Source: an uncultured virus (IMG/VR IMGVR_UViG_3300042880_001179) (lineage: Duplodnaviria; Heunggongvirae; Uroviricota; Caudoviricetes). From it: 20,000 nucleotides of DNA. How positions within the stretch are numbered: position 1 is the stretch's first letter; every line of letters begins with the position of its first letter. The DNA lies in the IMG/VR virus record IMGVR_UViG_3300042880_001179. The stretch is one strand, 5' to 3'. Shown one piece after another: positions 6,963-15,661 of the stretch. The position numbers and the translations under genes are program-made. The notes beneath the pieces were generated by a model. That model ran no database searches, had not been told where the DNA came from, and saw nothing but the letters and a program-made list of their open reading frames with translations.

Positions 6963-7674
6963 TCAGTCCTCCTAATATTTTTTGCATACGTGTAAATTGT
7001 GTTTTGCATTTCTTTTTAAGATTTTCATCAAAGGGAACGTTTGGATTGGTTCCAAGAACTAAATCTAATTCATTAGCAATAGCTTCTCTTAATGTGTTTA
7101 GCTTATCGGCTTTGATGTTCTGGAAGGATAAGTTTCTTACTGTTGCATACAGTTGGCCCAAAGTTTTGTATTGTGGGTTATCGCATTCTAGGACGGCCAA
7201 TTCGTATACATGGGTCAAATTTTTTGCTGAATCAGCCTTATCAGCCTCTTGTAAACCGCCATAAATACCTCTTAGTGATTCTGCAAATGGGTCTTTTACA
7301 TCGGGATCGGGAGGATTAGGGTTAGGCGGATTAGGATTGGGGTTAGGGTCGGGGTTATTTCCGATAATTACAGTGGTAAAAGCTGGTGCTGTTGCGACGT
7401 TATTGATGCTGGTATAGGCCAAAACACGGTATTTACCATTTTTTGTTGCAAGAACTACAGTGCTTTTTTTGTCACTTAGTAAATTGGATGGAAAGACATT
7501 TAGGCCCGGATCAAGTGATACAAAACGTACAACTTCTCCTTTTGTCACAGCGGTGATAGGTACAAATGCTCCTGCATCTGCTTTTACGGTATCGGGCAAT
7601 AATAATTCAGGTTGCTGGGAAAATGCTGGTTGCTGAGAAAATGCCAAAATTAACGGCAATAATAGTGATTTCAT
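6955..7674 (-). CDS. secreted protein: signal peptide, Ig-like beta domain, Asn/Pro/Asp linker, helical domain
   Basis: MKSLLLPLILAFSQQPAFSQ; GKYRVLAY beta domain; NPDPNPNPNPPNPNPPDPD linker; translationally coupled to the C1 peptidase (8-nt overlap). Confidence 0.8.
   Translation of the reverse strand: MKSLLLPLILAFSQQPAFSQQPELLLPDTVKADAGAFVPITAVTKGEVVRFVSLDPGLNVFPSNLLSDKKSTVVLATKNGKYRVLAYTSINNVATAPAFTTVIIGNNPDPNPNPNPPNPNPPDPDVKDPFAESLRGIYGGLQEADKADSAKNLTHVYELAVLECDNPQYKTLGQLYATVRNLSFQNIKADKLNTLREAIANELDLVLGTNPNVPFDENLKKKCKTQFTRMQKILGGLNG
7301..7359 (-). repeat. coding low-complexity NP/DP linker
   Basis: Imperfect 6-nt repeats encoding NNPDPNPNPNPPNPNPPDPD. Confidence 0.8.
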
Positions 7675-7831
7675 ATTGTTTCCTTTCTTATTCTTTCACA
7701 CCGTATATATCTATTTAACTGATGTTAATTTGTGTTTTTTACATTCGGAAGGAAAACAAAATAAAAATTAAATGACTATTGTAGATAAGGATGCCTATAT
7801 CAATTTTTACCACTTATAAGGAGGCTTCACT

Positions 7832-8248
7832 ATGGGCGCTACTTCAGTTACAGGAACAGGTCCGGGTTCAGCACTAGGCTGGAACAAGGGCGTTCCCGGC
7901 GAGACAACAATCGGCGTTGAGAATCTAATTGGACCACACGTAGTTGCAGCTGGCGTTGCAACTTTGGTTGGTGGTGCCGCTACTGTATATCTCCCCTTCT
8001 TGACATCGGGTGCTATGGCTGTGCCCCCTTATGTAACATCTGGCCTACCAGTTCCTCAGCCTGCTTTCTGTGTTTTCGCTACTGATAACACTCCTGCTTC
8101 AGCTACTCCAGCTACTGGTACCATTTCAGAAGGAATGTGGTCTGGTGGTGGTGCTTCTGGAACTCCATATTGGTATCTCAGCCTAACCGGCGACACCACT
8201 AATGCTGTTTCTTGGATGGTTGTTCAGACTGGCATGACACAGATTTAA
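7832..8248 (+). CDS. putative highly expressed virion structural protein (Gly/Ala/Thr-rich)
   Basis: TAAGGAGG RBS; own terminator; composition typical of capsid decoration or fibre proteins. Confidence 0.75.
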   Translation: MGATSVTGTGPGSALGWNKGVPGETTIGVENLIGPHVVAAGVATLVGGAATVYLPFLTSGAMAVPPYVTSGLPVPQPAFCVFATDNTPASATPATGTISEGMWSGGGASGTPYWYLSLTGDTTNAVSWMVVQTGMTQI

Positions 8249-8266
8249 TATCATTATTTACAAAAT

Positions 8267-8302
8267 AAAAAAAAGCCTGTCAAATTTTGACAGGCTTTTT
8301 TT
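8267..8302. terminator. bidirectional intrinsic terminator
   Basis: A8-GCCTGTCAAA-T-TTTGACAGGC-T7. Confidence 0.9.
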
Positions 8303-8314
8303 GTCGAATACTAT
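8287..8314 (+). promoter_or_regulatory. candidate sigma70 promoter embedded in the terminator arm
   Basis: TTGACA (8287-8292), 16-nt spacer, TACTAT (8309-8314); ATG of the next gene 9 nt further on with no RBS. Confidence 0.4.
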
Positions 8315-8323
8315 ATCTATTTT

Positions 8324-8626
8324 ATGGACGAAGAAGAAAAACAAATTGATGCAGAAAACAGAGAACAAAAAAAAGTTCCTTTTGAAACCCGCATCAAGAT
8401 ACACTCAAACGGTGAAGTAGAGCGGAAGATATTTGTTGACGGAGTAATGTTAGATTACTCTGTGGATATTACATCGTTCCAAAACGCAGTTCGAATGGGC
8501 CCTCAATATAGAGAAGCTATTATGTCTGATATAGTGAAACATTTTACAAATTGTGTAAGTGATATGGTTGGAAGAAAGGTAACTTATGATGAAGTTTTGG
8601 CAGCTACGAAATCAGGATGGATTTAG
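8324..8626 (+). CDS. hypothetical protein
   Basis: 100-aa ORF with globular composition, ending GWI. Confidence 0.75.
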   Translation: MDEEEKQIDAENREQKKVPFETRIKIHSNGEVERKIFVDGVMLDYSVDITSFQNAVRMGPQYREAIMSDIVKHFTNCVSDMVGRKVTYDEVLAATKSGWI

Positions 8627-9387
8627 TAACCATACTCTGTGTCTAGAAGCCAAATGAAATCTAAAAATATTTCAGGTTGTTTTCTATTTTCTTCAAATAA
8701 ATCATAAGTATTTTCTTTAAAACGATCAAAAACAAAATCTACAGGTTTGAATGTTGAAATTCCTTCTATGGGATAAGACATGCCTTTATAGTTAAGTTTT
8801 CGTATACTGTTTGCTATTCCGACCATTTTATTTTGTTTGTCAAATAAGGCGCAACCAGAATCACCGGGTACTATTGGTACGTTGGTGCGAATATCTTGGA
8901 GGGTGCCTTGGGATAGTGGCAATCCATTTATTTTACCTTCTGTAAATCTGGGATACTCTTCCATACCACAGCCTACTGAATAGACTGAATCAAATAATTT
9001 AAGTGTGTGAGCAGTTCCCAAAGTTACTTCAGGAATCTTTTCGGTGCTTAAAAATGCTACAATAGACAGATCATTTTGTTTATCTTCGTCAACTAGGCAA
9101 CATCCGTGGCTTAGTTGTTTTTCCAAATAATTTTCGTCTTTGTAATAAAATGTATTTATTACCATTCTTGGAGATATAACATGCTGGCAGCTTATAACAT
9201 AATTAATAAAATTATTAGGAGAAATTTTTATTGATTTATAAACAACGCCTGAGCCGCTCATTTCTTTAGATTTGCTGATTATTTGTACTGTTGGCAAAAG
9301 GGATTTGTGGAATAAATCTTTTTTGTTTGGTTCGCTACTGATTGCAGCGCCAACGCAGAGGGACAAAAAAAATAAGATTAGCCTCAT
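8623..9387 (-). CDS. trypsin-like (S1, HtrA-type domain) serine protease with signal peptide
   Basis: MRLILFFLSLCVGAAIS; GSGVV; SCQHV (His); DLSI (Asp); PGDSGCALFD (Ser). Confidence 0.9.
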   Translation of the reverse strand: MRLILFFLSLCVGAAISSEPNKKDLFHKSLLPTVQIISKSKEMSGSGVVYKSIKISPNNFINYVISCQHVISPRMVINTFYYKDENYLEKQLSHGCCLVDEDKQNDLSIVAFLSTEKIPEVTLGTAHTLKLFDSVYSVGCGMEEYPRFTEGKINGLPLSQGTLQDIRTNVPIVPGDSGCALFDKQNKMVGIANSIRKLNYKGMSYPIEGISTFKPVDFVFDRFKENTYDLFEENRKQPEIFLDFIWLLDTEYGY

Positions 9388-9418
9388 AATTTATCTATTT
9401 TATATTCTATTATATTTT

Positions 9419-9619
9419 ATGGAACAAAAAGACTGTTTCTTTTTTATTGCTCCTAATGAGAATGGCGAAGATCAAGTAAATTGCTGTTGTATGGAGTGTC
9501 AACAAAAGGAAAATGTTGAAAAGGCAATGTATTGGCCCGGTAGTACCAAAGGCTATGGCCCTTTCGATTATTATTGTCACTATTGCAAAGATGTTATAGC
9601 TTTAAATGAGGCAAAATGA
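9419..9619 (+). CDS. small Zn-ribbon protein
   Basis: MEQKDCFF...CCCMEC...YYCHYCKDVI; start at 9419 avoids overlap with the trypsin gene. Confidence 0.7.
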   Translation: MEQKDCFFFIAPNENGEDQVNCCCMECQQKENVEKAMYWPGSTKGYGPFDYYCHYCKDVIALNEAK

Positions 9620-10281
9620 TAGAAAGACTTTTGGAAAAGAGCGATTTCAATAAAATTTTTGAAGATGCTAAAGCTAAAGAATATTTTATAGAATTATTAC
9701 AAAATGAAGAATATTTAGAGATTGTCGAAGACAAAACAGTTTTTTTAGGTTTGAGATCACAGAGTGGGTGTGAGGTTTTACAGATAGAGGATTCAGAACT
9801 TTTGAATTTTTTCCGTTTAGTCAGAGATGATTTTCATGATTGGCGTGAATTAATTTCGATAAGAAGAAGTGCTCACAAGCAACTTCTCCAGAGTTTTCTC
9901 AAAAATAGTTTTTATCATAGTTTAAAAGACCGACTCGAAAAGACTGTGCTTAGTGATAGCGTGAAACTTTGCAAGAAGATACATACTGTGAATGACAGAA
10001 TGGAGAATTTGCATCAAAGGTTGCAGGGAGTTTTTCTAGTAGAAGGTAAGCGCAAAGAATTACTAATTAGCATGGACAGCAGGAAAACAACGATTGTTTG
10101 CAAGTGTAGTGAGGAAACAAACATAGATTTATTGTGGACAAAAGATATAAAATATGCTCGGGCTTTTCTTATAATACCTGACGAAAAGACATTTGCAAAA
10201 GAGGCTAGAACAATTGGTTTTGAGAGATTGCAACACGGTCGCAAAAAAAGTAAAAATATATGGGTCAAAAACCATAAATAA
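9616..10281 (+). CDS. hypothetical protein
   Basis: 221 aa; ATGA coupling to the upstream gene; GAGG RBS. Confidence 0.75.
   Translation: MIERLLEKSDFNKIFEDAKAKEYFIELLQNEEYLEIVEDKTVFLGLRSQSGCEVLQIEDSELLNFFRLVRDDFHDWRELISIRRSAHKQLLQSFLKNSFYHSLKDRLEKTVLSDSVKLCKKIHTVNDRMENLHQRLQGVFLVEGKRKELLISMDSRKTTIVCKCSEETNIDLLWTKDIKYARAFLIIPDEKTFAKEARTIGFERLQHGRKKSKNIWVKNHK
10274..10280 (+). promoter_or_regulatory. candidate late promoter (T4 late-like ATAAATA)
   Basis: CATAAATA 5 nt before the ATG of the MKTFMQWLAE gene. Confidence 0.5.
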
Positions 10282-10285
10282 AAGC

Positions 10286-10498
10286 ATGAAAACCTTCATG
10301 CAATGGTTGGCTGAAGATAACGGACAAGTTAGTGGTAACTATCAGAATGATGAGTTGCTGCAATCTGTGGTAAACAGCAAGTATTTGGCCGTAGTTAACA
10401 CCAAAAAAAAAGTACCTAAAAGTGCAGAATGCAACTATTTAGGTATTTGTCCAAAAGGCAAGAAGGTTAAAGTGAACCTGTTACCAGTGGAAGTATAA
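10286..10498 (+). CDS. CTS-tagged small basic protein
   Basis: MKTFMQWLAE N-terminus (internal ATG of track ORF 10193..10498); CNYLGIC loop flanked by Lys-rich segments. Confidence 0.75.
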   Translation: MKTFMQWLAEDNGQVSGNYQNDELLQSVVNSKYLAVVNTKKKVPKSAECNYLGICPKGKKVKVNLLPVEV

Positions 10499-10809
10499 TG
10501 TCTAATTTCGGATATTTGTTCGAAAACATGGAGCGTGCCAGAAAGCACGAACAGGAATATATTGATAGCCAATCCATGGAAGCTATTCAAAATGGTATAA
10601 ATCAAGATGAAAACTTTTGGGCAAATTTTCTTTCGGTATTGAACAATACTGAGGCCTTAGGTGGTTTGCTAAACATTCCCCCCATAAAAATGAATAAATG
10701 GCGCAACAGAATCCAGAAGTATTTAACTAAATATTATGAAACTCAGGGAGAAGAACCTGATTTAAAAAAGAAACGTAAATTTGTCGATGTAAGTGACTTT
10801 GATTACTAG
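10498..10809 (+). CDS. hypothetical protein with CTS-like N-terminus
   Basis: MSNFGYLFENME; TAATG coupling to the upstream gene. Confidence 0.75.
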   Translation: MSNFGYLFENMERARKHEQEYIDSQSMEAIQNGINQDENFWANFLSVLNNTEALGGLLNIPPIKMNKWRNRIQKYLTKYYETQGEEPDLKKKRKFVDVSDFDY

Positions 10810-10817
10810 AGGAAAAA

Positions 10818-11048
10818 ATGGCTTTGCAACCTTTTGAAGACTGGCTTAAAAATGAAGCAAATTTCCAAATTGAGCTTCCAAGAGAGCATGGGGAGTATGG
10901 GAACCTTAAAGGTTTAAAAGAGTACCTGTCAGATTGGCTTGCAAACGTGGATAAAAAAGAAGTAAATATTATAATAAAAGATTTAGTTAACTGGCTAAAG
11001 GGATATGACTCACAGCCTTCAAAAGGCATGTCACCAATGGATCACTAA
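10818..11048 (+). CDS. small protein with CTS-like N-terminus
   Basis: MALQPFEDWLKNE; GAGGA RBS. Confidence 0.75.
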   Translation: MALQPFEDWLKNEANFQIELPREHGEYGNLKGLKEYLSDWLANVDKKEVNIIIKDLVNWLKGYDSQPSKGMSPMDH

Positions 11049-11065
11049 CAGAAAAGGAAAATAAA

Positions 11066-11359
11066 ATGGCTATGACAAAATTCAATAATTGGAAAAAAAC
11101 AAATGAAGGAATGGAAGGACCTGCTGCTTCGCCAGTCAATGAACCATCTGGTTTAGATAAAAAACTTGCTCGTTTTATGGGCGGTACTACGGCCCAAGGA
11201 AGAGTTGAAGACATATTAGCTGGTGTTGCTGACCAAAATATGGTATCCCAAGTCAAAGTTGCTATGGATTTATTAGGAAATTTAGTAGCACAACTTGACA
11301 GTAATAAAAAAGCACAATTCGTAAATTTGATTAAAACAAAGCTCAATACAATCAAATAA
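11066..11359 (+). CDS. small helical protein with CTS-like N-terminus
   Basis: MAMTKFNNWKKTNE|GME; AAGGA RBS. Confidence 0.75.
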   Translation: MAMTKFNNWKKTNEGMEGPAASPVNEPSGLDKKLARFMGGTTAQGRVEDILAGVADQNMVSQVKVAMDLLGNLVAQLDSNKKAQFVNLIKTKLNTIK

Positions 11360-11367
11360 GAGGCCAA

Positions 11368-12408
11368 ATGACATGGCGTAATGACTATATCAAAGGCATT
11401 CTTTACAGAAGAGACAGACAATCTTCATTAAAGCCATTAAGTAATGAGCCCCCCAAAGAAAAGGAATTAGTGGGGGTCAACAGAAATGCTCCTCCAAGAG
11501 ATGTGAAACAACTGGTCAATATGGCTAGAAGTGGCAAAAATGCTGTGGATGATGTGAGGAGTTTTCTTAATCAGGATGGAAATTTTTATGTAACATTTGG
11601 CGGGGTTGGCGACTTTATTTTAATTCTGGCTGAGGCTTACAAAGACCCTATGGCCAGAATTATTTTTTTCAGCAACAACACTGGCAGAGGAATAACTTCC
11701 GAAATCATACAATTCTTTCAAATACCCACTTTGGTAACGGAAAACCTCATGGGTACTCCAAATGCCAATCGAGCTATGGACATAATACGTAGCACTGGTA
11801 GGTTGAAACCAAGCCAGCATTTGAGTGACAAGTTAAACTACAACGATTGGAAAGATAACATAGCCTTTTTTCAGCAAAAAATGACTTTGGAAACAGATTG
11901 GCGACAAAGATTTGGTTTTTTCGAAAAGCCTAGAAAGTTAGCCGTTATAGCTCCGAGTGGATCATTCAAGAGTACAGCACCTCAAAAGTATTTAAGTAAA
12001 ATAGAACTGGAAAGATTAGTCGATATATTCATTAATAAAGACTACGATGTTTATTGTGTGGGTAATTTTGCTGATAAGGACTTTTATGGAATTACAACTA
12101 AACCGAATGTCTATTGGATGACCTCAGGAATGGTAATAAATAATAGGAATCAAAAACAACCTATATTGCTTCAGGACTTTTTAAAAATAATAAATTCAGC
12201 TGACAAGATATGTTCGGTTGATACATGGTTAAAAACTTACACCTGTCTCTGCAATATGCCAACGGATGTGTTTTACAACAGGGTGCATGGTGCTTCTAGA
12301 TGGGGCGACATGGCTGGGGATTATATCTTTTTAAATCCTCAGCTTTGGAAAACCATGAAGCTCTATGATTTTAATGAATACATCAAAAATAATGCTTATA
12401 TTGTTTAA
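11368..12408 (+). CDS. GT-B glycosyltransferase, GT9 (heptosyltransferase)-like, divergent
   Basis: GGVGDFIL, AVIAPSGS..QKY, IINSADKICSVDTW...CNMPTDVF motifs. Confidence 0.7.
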   Translation: MTWRNDYIKGILYRRDRQSSLKPLSNEPPKEKELVGVNRNAPPRDVKQLVNMARSGKNAVDDVRSFLNQDGNFYVTFGGVGDFILILAEAYKDPMARIIFFSNNTGRGITSEIIQFFQIPTLVTENLMGTPNANRAMDIIRSTGRLKPSQHLSDKLNYNDWKDNIAFFQQKMTLETDWRQRFGFFEKPRKLAVIAPSGSFKSTAPQKYLSKIELERLVDIFINKDYDVYCVGNFADKDFYGITTKPNVYWMTSGMVINNRNQKQPILLQDFLKIINSADKICSVDTWLKTYTCLCNMPTDVFYNRVHGASRWGDMAGDYIFLNPQLWKTMKLYDFNEYIKNNAYIV

Positions 12409-12409
12409 A

Positions 12410-12751
12410 TTACCAAATTTGGCATCTTCTGATTGCATCTTTGTAGATAGCAATTTGTTTTTCTAGATAATCTCTTATTAGCAGCATGGCTTCATCTTCC
12501 CAAATAAGATCATATTGATTGTATAGGCTGTTGAGTGTATCGACATACATGAACACAAATTTTCCATAAGTTTGTTCGTTACGAACCACATGAACTTTTT
12601 TGATGACTATTTTTTCCAACTTGCCTTGTTCGGCTTTTGGCTTGTAATAGACTATTTGTCCGGGTTGATACTTATATTCAACCCTAGGTATGAAATAAAA
12701 AGTACAGCAGCCGTTTAAGGCAACGCTACCTTGTCCTGTGTAATCTGCCAT
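12410..12751 (-). CDS. putative virion-associated protein
   Basis: YTGQGSVALNG motif shared with the neighbour, followed by an SH3-like YQPGQIVYY region. Confidence 0.7.
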   Translation of the reverse strand: MADYTGQGSVALNGCCTFYFIPRVEYKYQPGQIVYYKPKAEQGKLEKIVIKKVHVVRNEQTYGKFVFMYVDTLNSLYNQYDLIWEDEAMLLIRDYLEKQIAIYKDAIRRCQIW

Positions 12752-13265
12752 TTTTATTCAAGTTCCTAACGTTTTTTTCTATTGTATTTAAGCCAGCCAT
12801 CAAGCCAGCAATTCTTTCATCCGATTGTTTTCTGGAATAATGTAATTTACTTCTAACAGCAAATGGGACGTATACTGGAGCGGCGTAGTTTGCAATAATA
12901 GTGTTTACTTGGCTTAAAAGATTTTCATAATATTTTATAATAATCTGATATTTTCTTGTGAAGAATGAAGGTCCTTGTTCAAACTTTAAAAGTTCTTCAG
13001 TGGGGTAGAATCTTATTTCGCCATTTCCATGAACTTCCCAAATCAAGGTATTAGGAGAGCCAGTTACAGCGACAACTTGCCATTGATTGTGGTTAAGATC
13101 ATATACCCATTCACGGTCTTGAAACCAAACATCCATTTTGCCGTATGCATCAACGATGATTATACCGGCAGTGCCAGTAATATTGACAGCACCTGAACCG
13201 GTGTATTTATAGTTTACCGCCCCTTGCAGGTCGAGTAAATACTCTTTTACGGCTGCTAAACTCAT
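12726..13265 (-). CDS. putative virion-associated protein
   Basis: YKYTGSGAVNITG motif; AGGAGGT RBS. Confidence 0.7.
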   Translation of the reverse strand: MSLAAVKEYLLDLQGAVNYKYTGSGAVNITGTAGIIIVDAYGKMDVWFQDREWVYDLNHNQWQVVAVTGSPNTLIWEVHGNGEIRFYPTEELLKFEQGPSFFTRKYQIIIKYYENLLSQVNTIIANYAAPVYVPFAVRSKLHYSRKQSDERIAGLMAGLNTIEKNVRNLNKNGRLHRTR

Positions 13266-13276
13266 CGGCTACCTCC

Positions 13277-13729
13277 TTAAGCGTAGAACAAGGTTGCGTA
13301 ACCAGTCTGTGCTTCAGAATAAAGGTTTGTCATCCTTATTTGCATATTTCCGCTGAATACAAATCCGGTTGGAAATACCATGTCGGTGTTTGGGAATGCG
13401 CTGTTAAAAAATCTTACGACAACAGGATTGCTGTTATATATAAGCTCCACTTTTACTGGTCCTGCTGTGGCGCTTGCCTGCATGCTGTAAAGTTGACTAC
13501 TTGGTACATTTAAAGACAAAATAGTTGTAGGAGTATTAAATGGCATATCAGCATTGCCATATATTGACTTTGTTGCTGGATCGACAGCAATTGACGCATC
13601 TGTAAGACTGACTAGCAGAGCACCACTTGTTACTGTTGCCGCCAAATTAGGAGCAGAACTATTGCTGCCGTCCCAATTATGGTCAGAAATTATGATAGGC
13701 AATCCGATTCTATTCGTGATGTCGGACAT
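13277..13729 (-). CDS. putative beta-sandwich structural protein
   Basis: Ser/Thr/Asn-rich and beta-strand patterned; AGGGGG RBS. Confidence 0.7.
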   Translation of the reverse strand: MSDITNRIGLPIIISDHNWDGSNSSAPNLAATVTSGALLVSLTDASIAVDPATKSIYGNADMPFNTPTTILSLNVPSSQLYSMQASATAGPVKVELIYNSNPVVVRFFNSAFPNTDMVFPTGFVFSGNMQIRMTNLYSEAQTGYATLFYA

Positions 13730-13781
13730 CTAACCCCCTGTTTAACTATAAAATATATATGTAATTACTACCTCATAATTA

Positions 13782-15062
13782 ATGCTCGAAATAGATAAAA
13801 TAATTCCATATATTCACAATTGCCAAAACACTGATAAATTGCGCAAAATTTTAAGTGAAACAGCTACAAGATTATCTCAAATTTATGGGCAACAAAATGA
13901 TAAATCTTTGGAAGAAAAATTGCTTTTGATTTCGAATTTTATAATACCCAATCAAGTCAACACTTTCACCAGACTGGCTAATTTTTATCATGAAAACGAT
14001 GATGTCAGCAAGGCGTTTTTGTTTGCAGAAAAAGCATTGGAAGTTACGAAGCATAAAAATGTCCAAGTCTTATTAAACGCTGCAATCATGCACGCAGAAT
14101 ATGGCAAGCCAGAGGTAGCCAAAAAATACTATAAAACCTGTCTTAAATTAGATAAAAACTGCCACAAGGCTTCTTTTGGTTTATCAATGGAACATTTTAA
14201 GGAAAACAAAATAAGCAAAGCATGGGATTTTTATTACAGTCGGCATTATGCCTTTGACATGGAAAGTAAAGTAAATAAAAAAATATTGAAATTACCTTTA
14301 TGGGACGGCAAGCAAAAAGGAAAAGTAATATTTTATAATGAACAAGGATATGGCGACTTCTTGTTTGCCATGAGATATTTCCATCATTTAGACACTGTCG
14401 ATAACGAATATAGATTTTTTATGGATGAAAACATGGCAAGTCTTGTAAAGTCTACCAAATATTCCGAAAAAGTTACCACAAAGGTAATCAAATCTGACTA
14501 TCGTTGTTCTTACTTAGATATTCCTTATTTATTTAAAAGCAGAAAGTATGAACAAGCAGAATATAAAAAGATTTTTATTCAGCATAATAAAACGATTGAC
14601 AAAAAGCCAAAAATAGCAGTGGTTTTTAGTGGTAACAAAAGTTACGTTGGTGATAAGCAAAGAAGTATAAAAACTTCCCAGTTGAATTCGATTTTATCAG
14701 ACAGCAGATATGAATTTTTCTTTCTGCAAAAAGATTTAACTGATAATAGTTTTTATGATAAGAAATATGAGATAAAGAACTTGGGAACAGATTTAAAAAA
14801 TTATTTAGATACATTAGAAGTTTTGTATTCTATGGATGGTTTAATTACAGTGGATACAAGTGTTGCTCATTTGGGAGCAGCTATTGGATTGCCTACTTTT
14901 GTATTGTTGAATAGCAATCCTGATTTTCGTTGGCATGGGGATGAAAAAACTACCCCTTGGTACTCTTCTTGGAGAATTTTCAAGCAGAGCACAAGGGGTA
15001 ATTGGGATGATGTAGTTTTAAATTGTCAAAAATTTGGGAATGAATATTTTTTTAATTTTTAG
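13782..15062 (+). CDS. TPR-repeat GT9-like glycosyltransferase
   Basis: N-terminal TPR helices; LWDG...EQGYGDFL; ITVDTSVAHLGAAIGLPT; PDFRW...TPWYSSWRIFKQ..GNW. Confidence 0.9.
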   Translation: MLEIDKIIPYIHNCQNTDKLRKILSETATRLSQIYGQQNDKSLEEKLLLISNFIIPNQVNTFTRLANFYHENDDVSKAFLFAEKALEVTKHKNVQVLLNAAIMHAEYGKPEVAKKYYKTCLKLDKNCHKASFGLSMEHFKENKISKAWDFYYSRHYAFDMESKVNKKILKLPLWDGKQKGKVIFYNEQGYGDFLFAMRYFHHLDTVDNEYRFFMDENMASLVKSTKYSEKVTTKVIKSDYRCSYLDIPYLFKSRKYEQAEYKKIFIQHNKTIDKKPKIAVVFSGNKSYVGDKQRSIKTSQLNSILSDSRYEFFFLQKDLTDNSFYDKKYEIKNLGTDLKNYLDTLEVLYSMDGLITVDTSVAHLGAAIGLPTFVLLNSNPDFRWHGDEKTTPWYSSWRIFKQSTRGNWDDVVLNCQKFGNEYFFNF

Positions 15063-15619
15063 TTGGGTTGTGTGTAGCCCATCATAGTTGCTTCAAATGT
15101 AGCATTTGTTGGAGTTGTCGTATTCTTGCCAGTTACGGTGATTGTAGAGCCAGCAGCTACTTCCAGCATAGGCATAGCGTTATTTACCATAATATTATAA
15201 TTGGTGACATTATTTCTGAATTGTAAAGCTTGGCTATTGGTTACACCATTATCAATGTAGACTTTAAAAAGACCAACGCCATCAGCGCTGAGATTAAGCC
15301 CTGTTAGATAAAACGTTGTACTAGGAGCTACAGTATAGGTTACCAATTCGGTTTCCGGATCAGTTTTGTTGATGGTTGAATAGCCAAACTCATAAAGCAT
15401 TCCTCCCTGCCAAGATTCAATAGGTCTTACAGAGAGAGCATATTCAGAGCCGCTAAGTTGAACATTTGTAACTTCTGACAGTTTGTCGATGTCATCCCCA
15501 GCGATGATAATTCTAGCTCTACGACGGTCTGGCGGCCCTGATGGGTATGTAACACCAGTTTCATCCATAATGTTGCCATCAACACCAATATTCAGTTGCG
15601 TGAATTTATTTTGACTCAT
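15059..15619 (-). CDS. putative beta-sandwich structural protein
   Basis: ELVTYTVAPSTTFYLTGLNLSADG...VAAGSTITVTGKN; distant resemblance to 13277..13729. Confidence 0.7.
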   Translation of the reverse strand: MSQNKFTQLNIGVDGNIMDETGVTYPSGPPDRRRARIIIAGDDIDKLSEVTNVQLSGSEYALSVRPIESWQGGMLYEFGYSTINKTDPETELVTYTVAPSTTFYLTGLNLSADGVGLFKVYIDNGVTNSQALQFRNNVTNYNIMVNNAMPMLEVAAGSTITVTGKNTTTPTNATFEATMMGYTQPN

Positions 15620-15644
15620 GTTGTCACCCTATAAATGAACTACA

Positions 15645-15656
15645 TATTTATATATA
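15645..15656. promoter_or_regulatory. overlapping divergent late-type promoters
   Basis: Minus strand TATAAATA (15652-15645, exact T4 late consensus) upstream of 15619; plus strand TATATATA (15649-15656) 5 nt before ATG 15662. Confidence 0.55.
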
Positions 15657-15661
15657 TTTTT

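Noticed and set aside
7675..7831. Largest intergenic gap as a possible ncRNA or tRNA
   Set aside because: AT-rich with no cloverleaf or stable stem; explained by divergent promoters and RBSs.
10193..10285. Longer starts in the ORF track (10193; likewise 9272, 5920, 4669, 1615, 15635, 17492)
   Set aside because: They overlap neighbouring genes or promoter motifs; downstream starts have RBS, promoter or N-terminal motif support.
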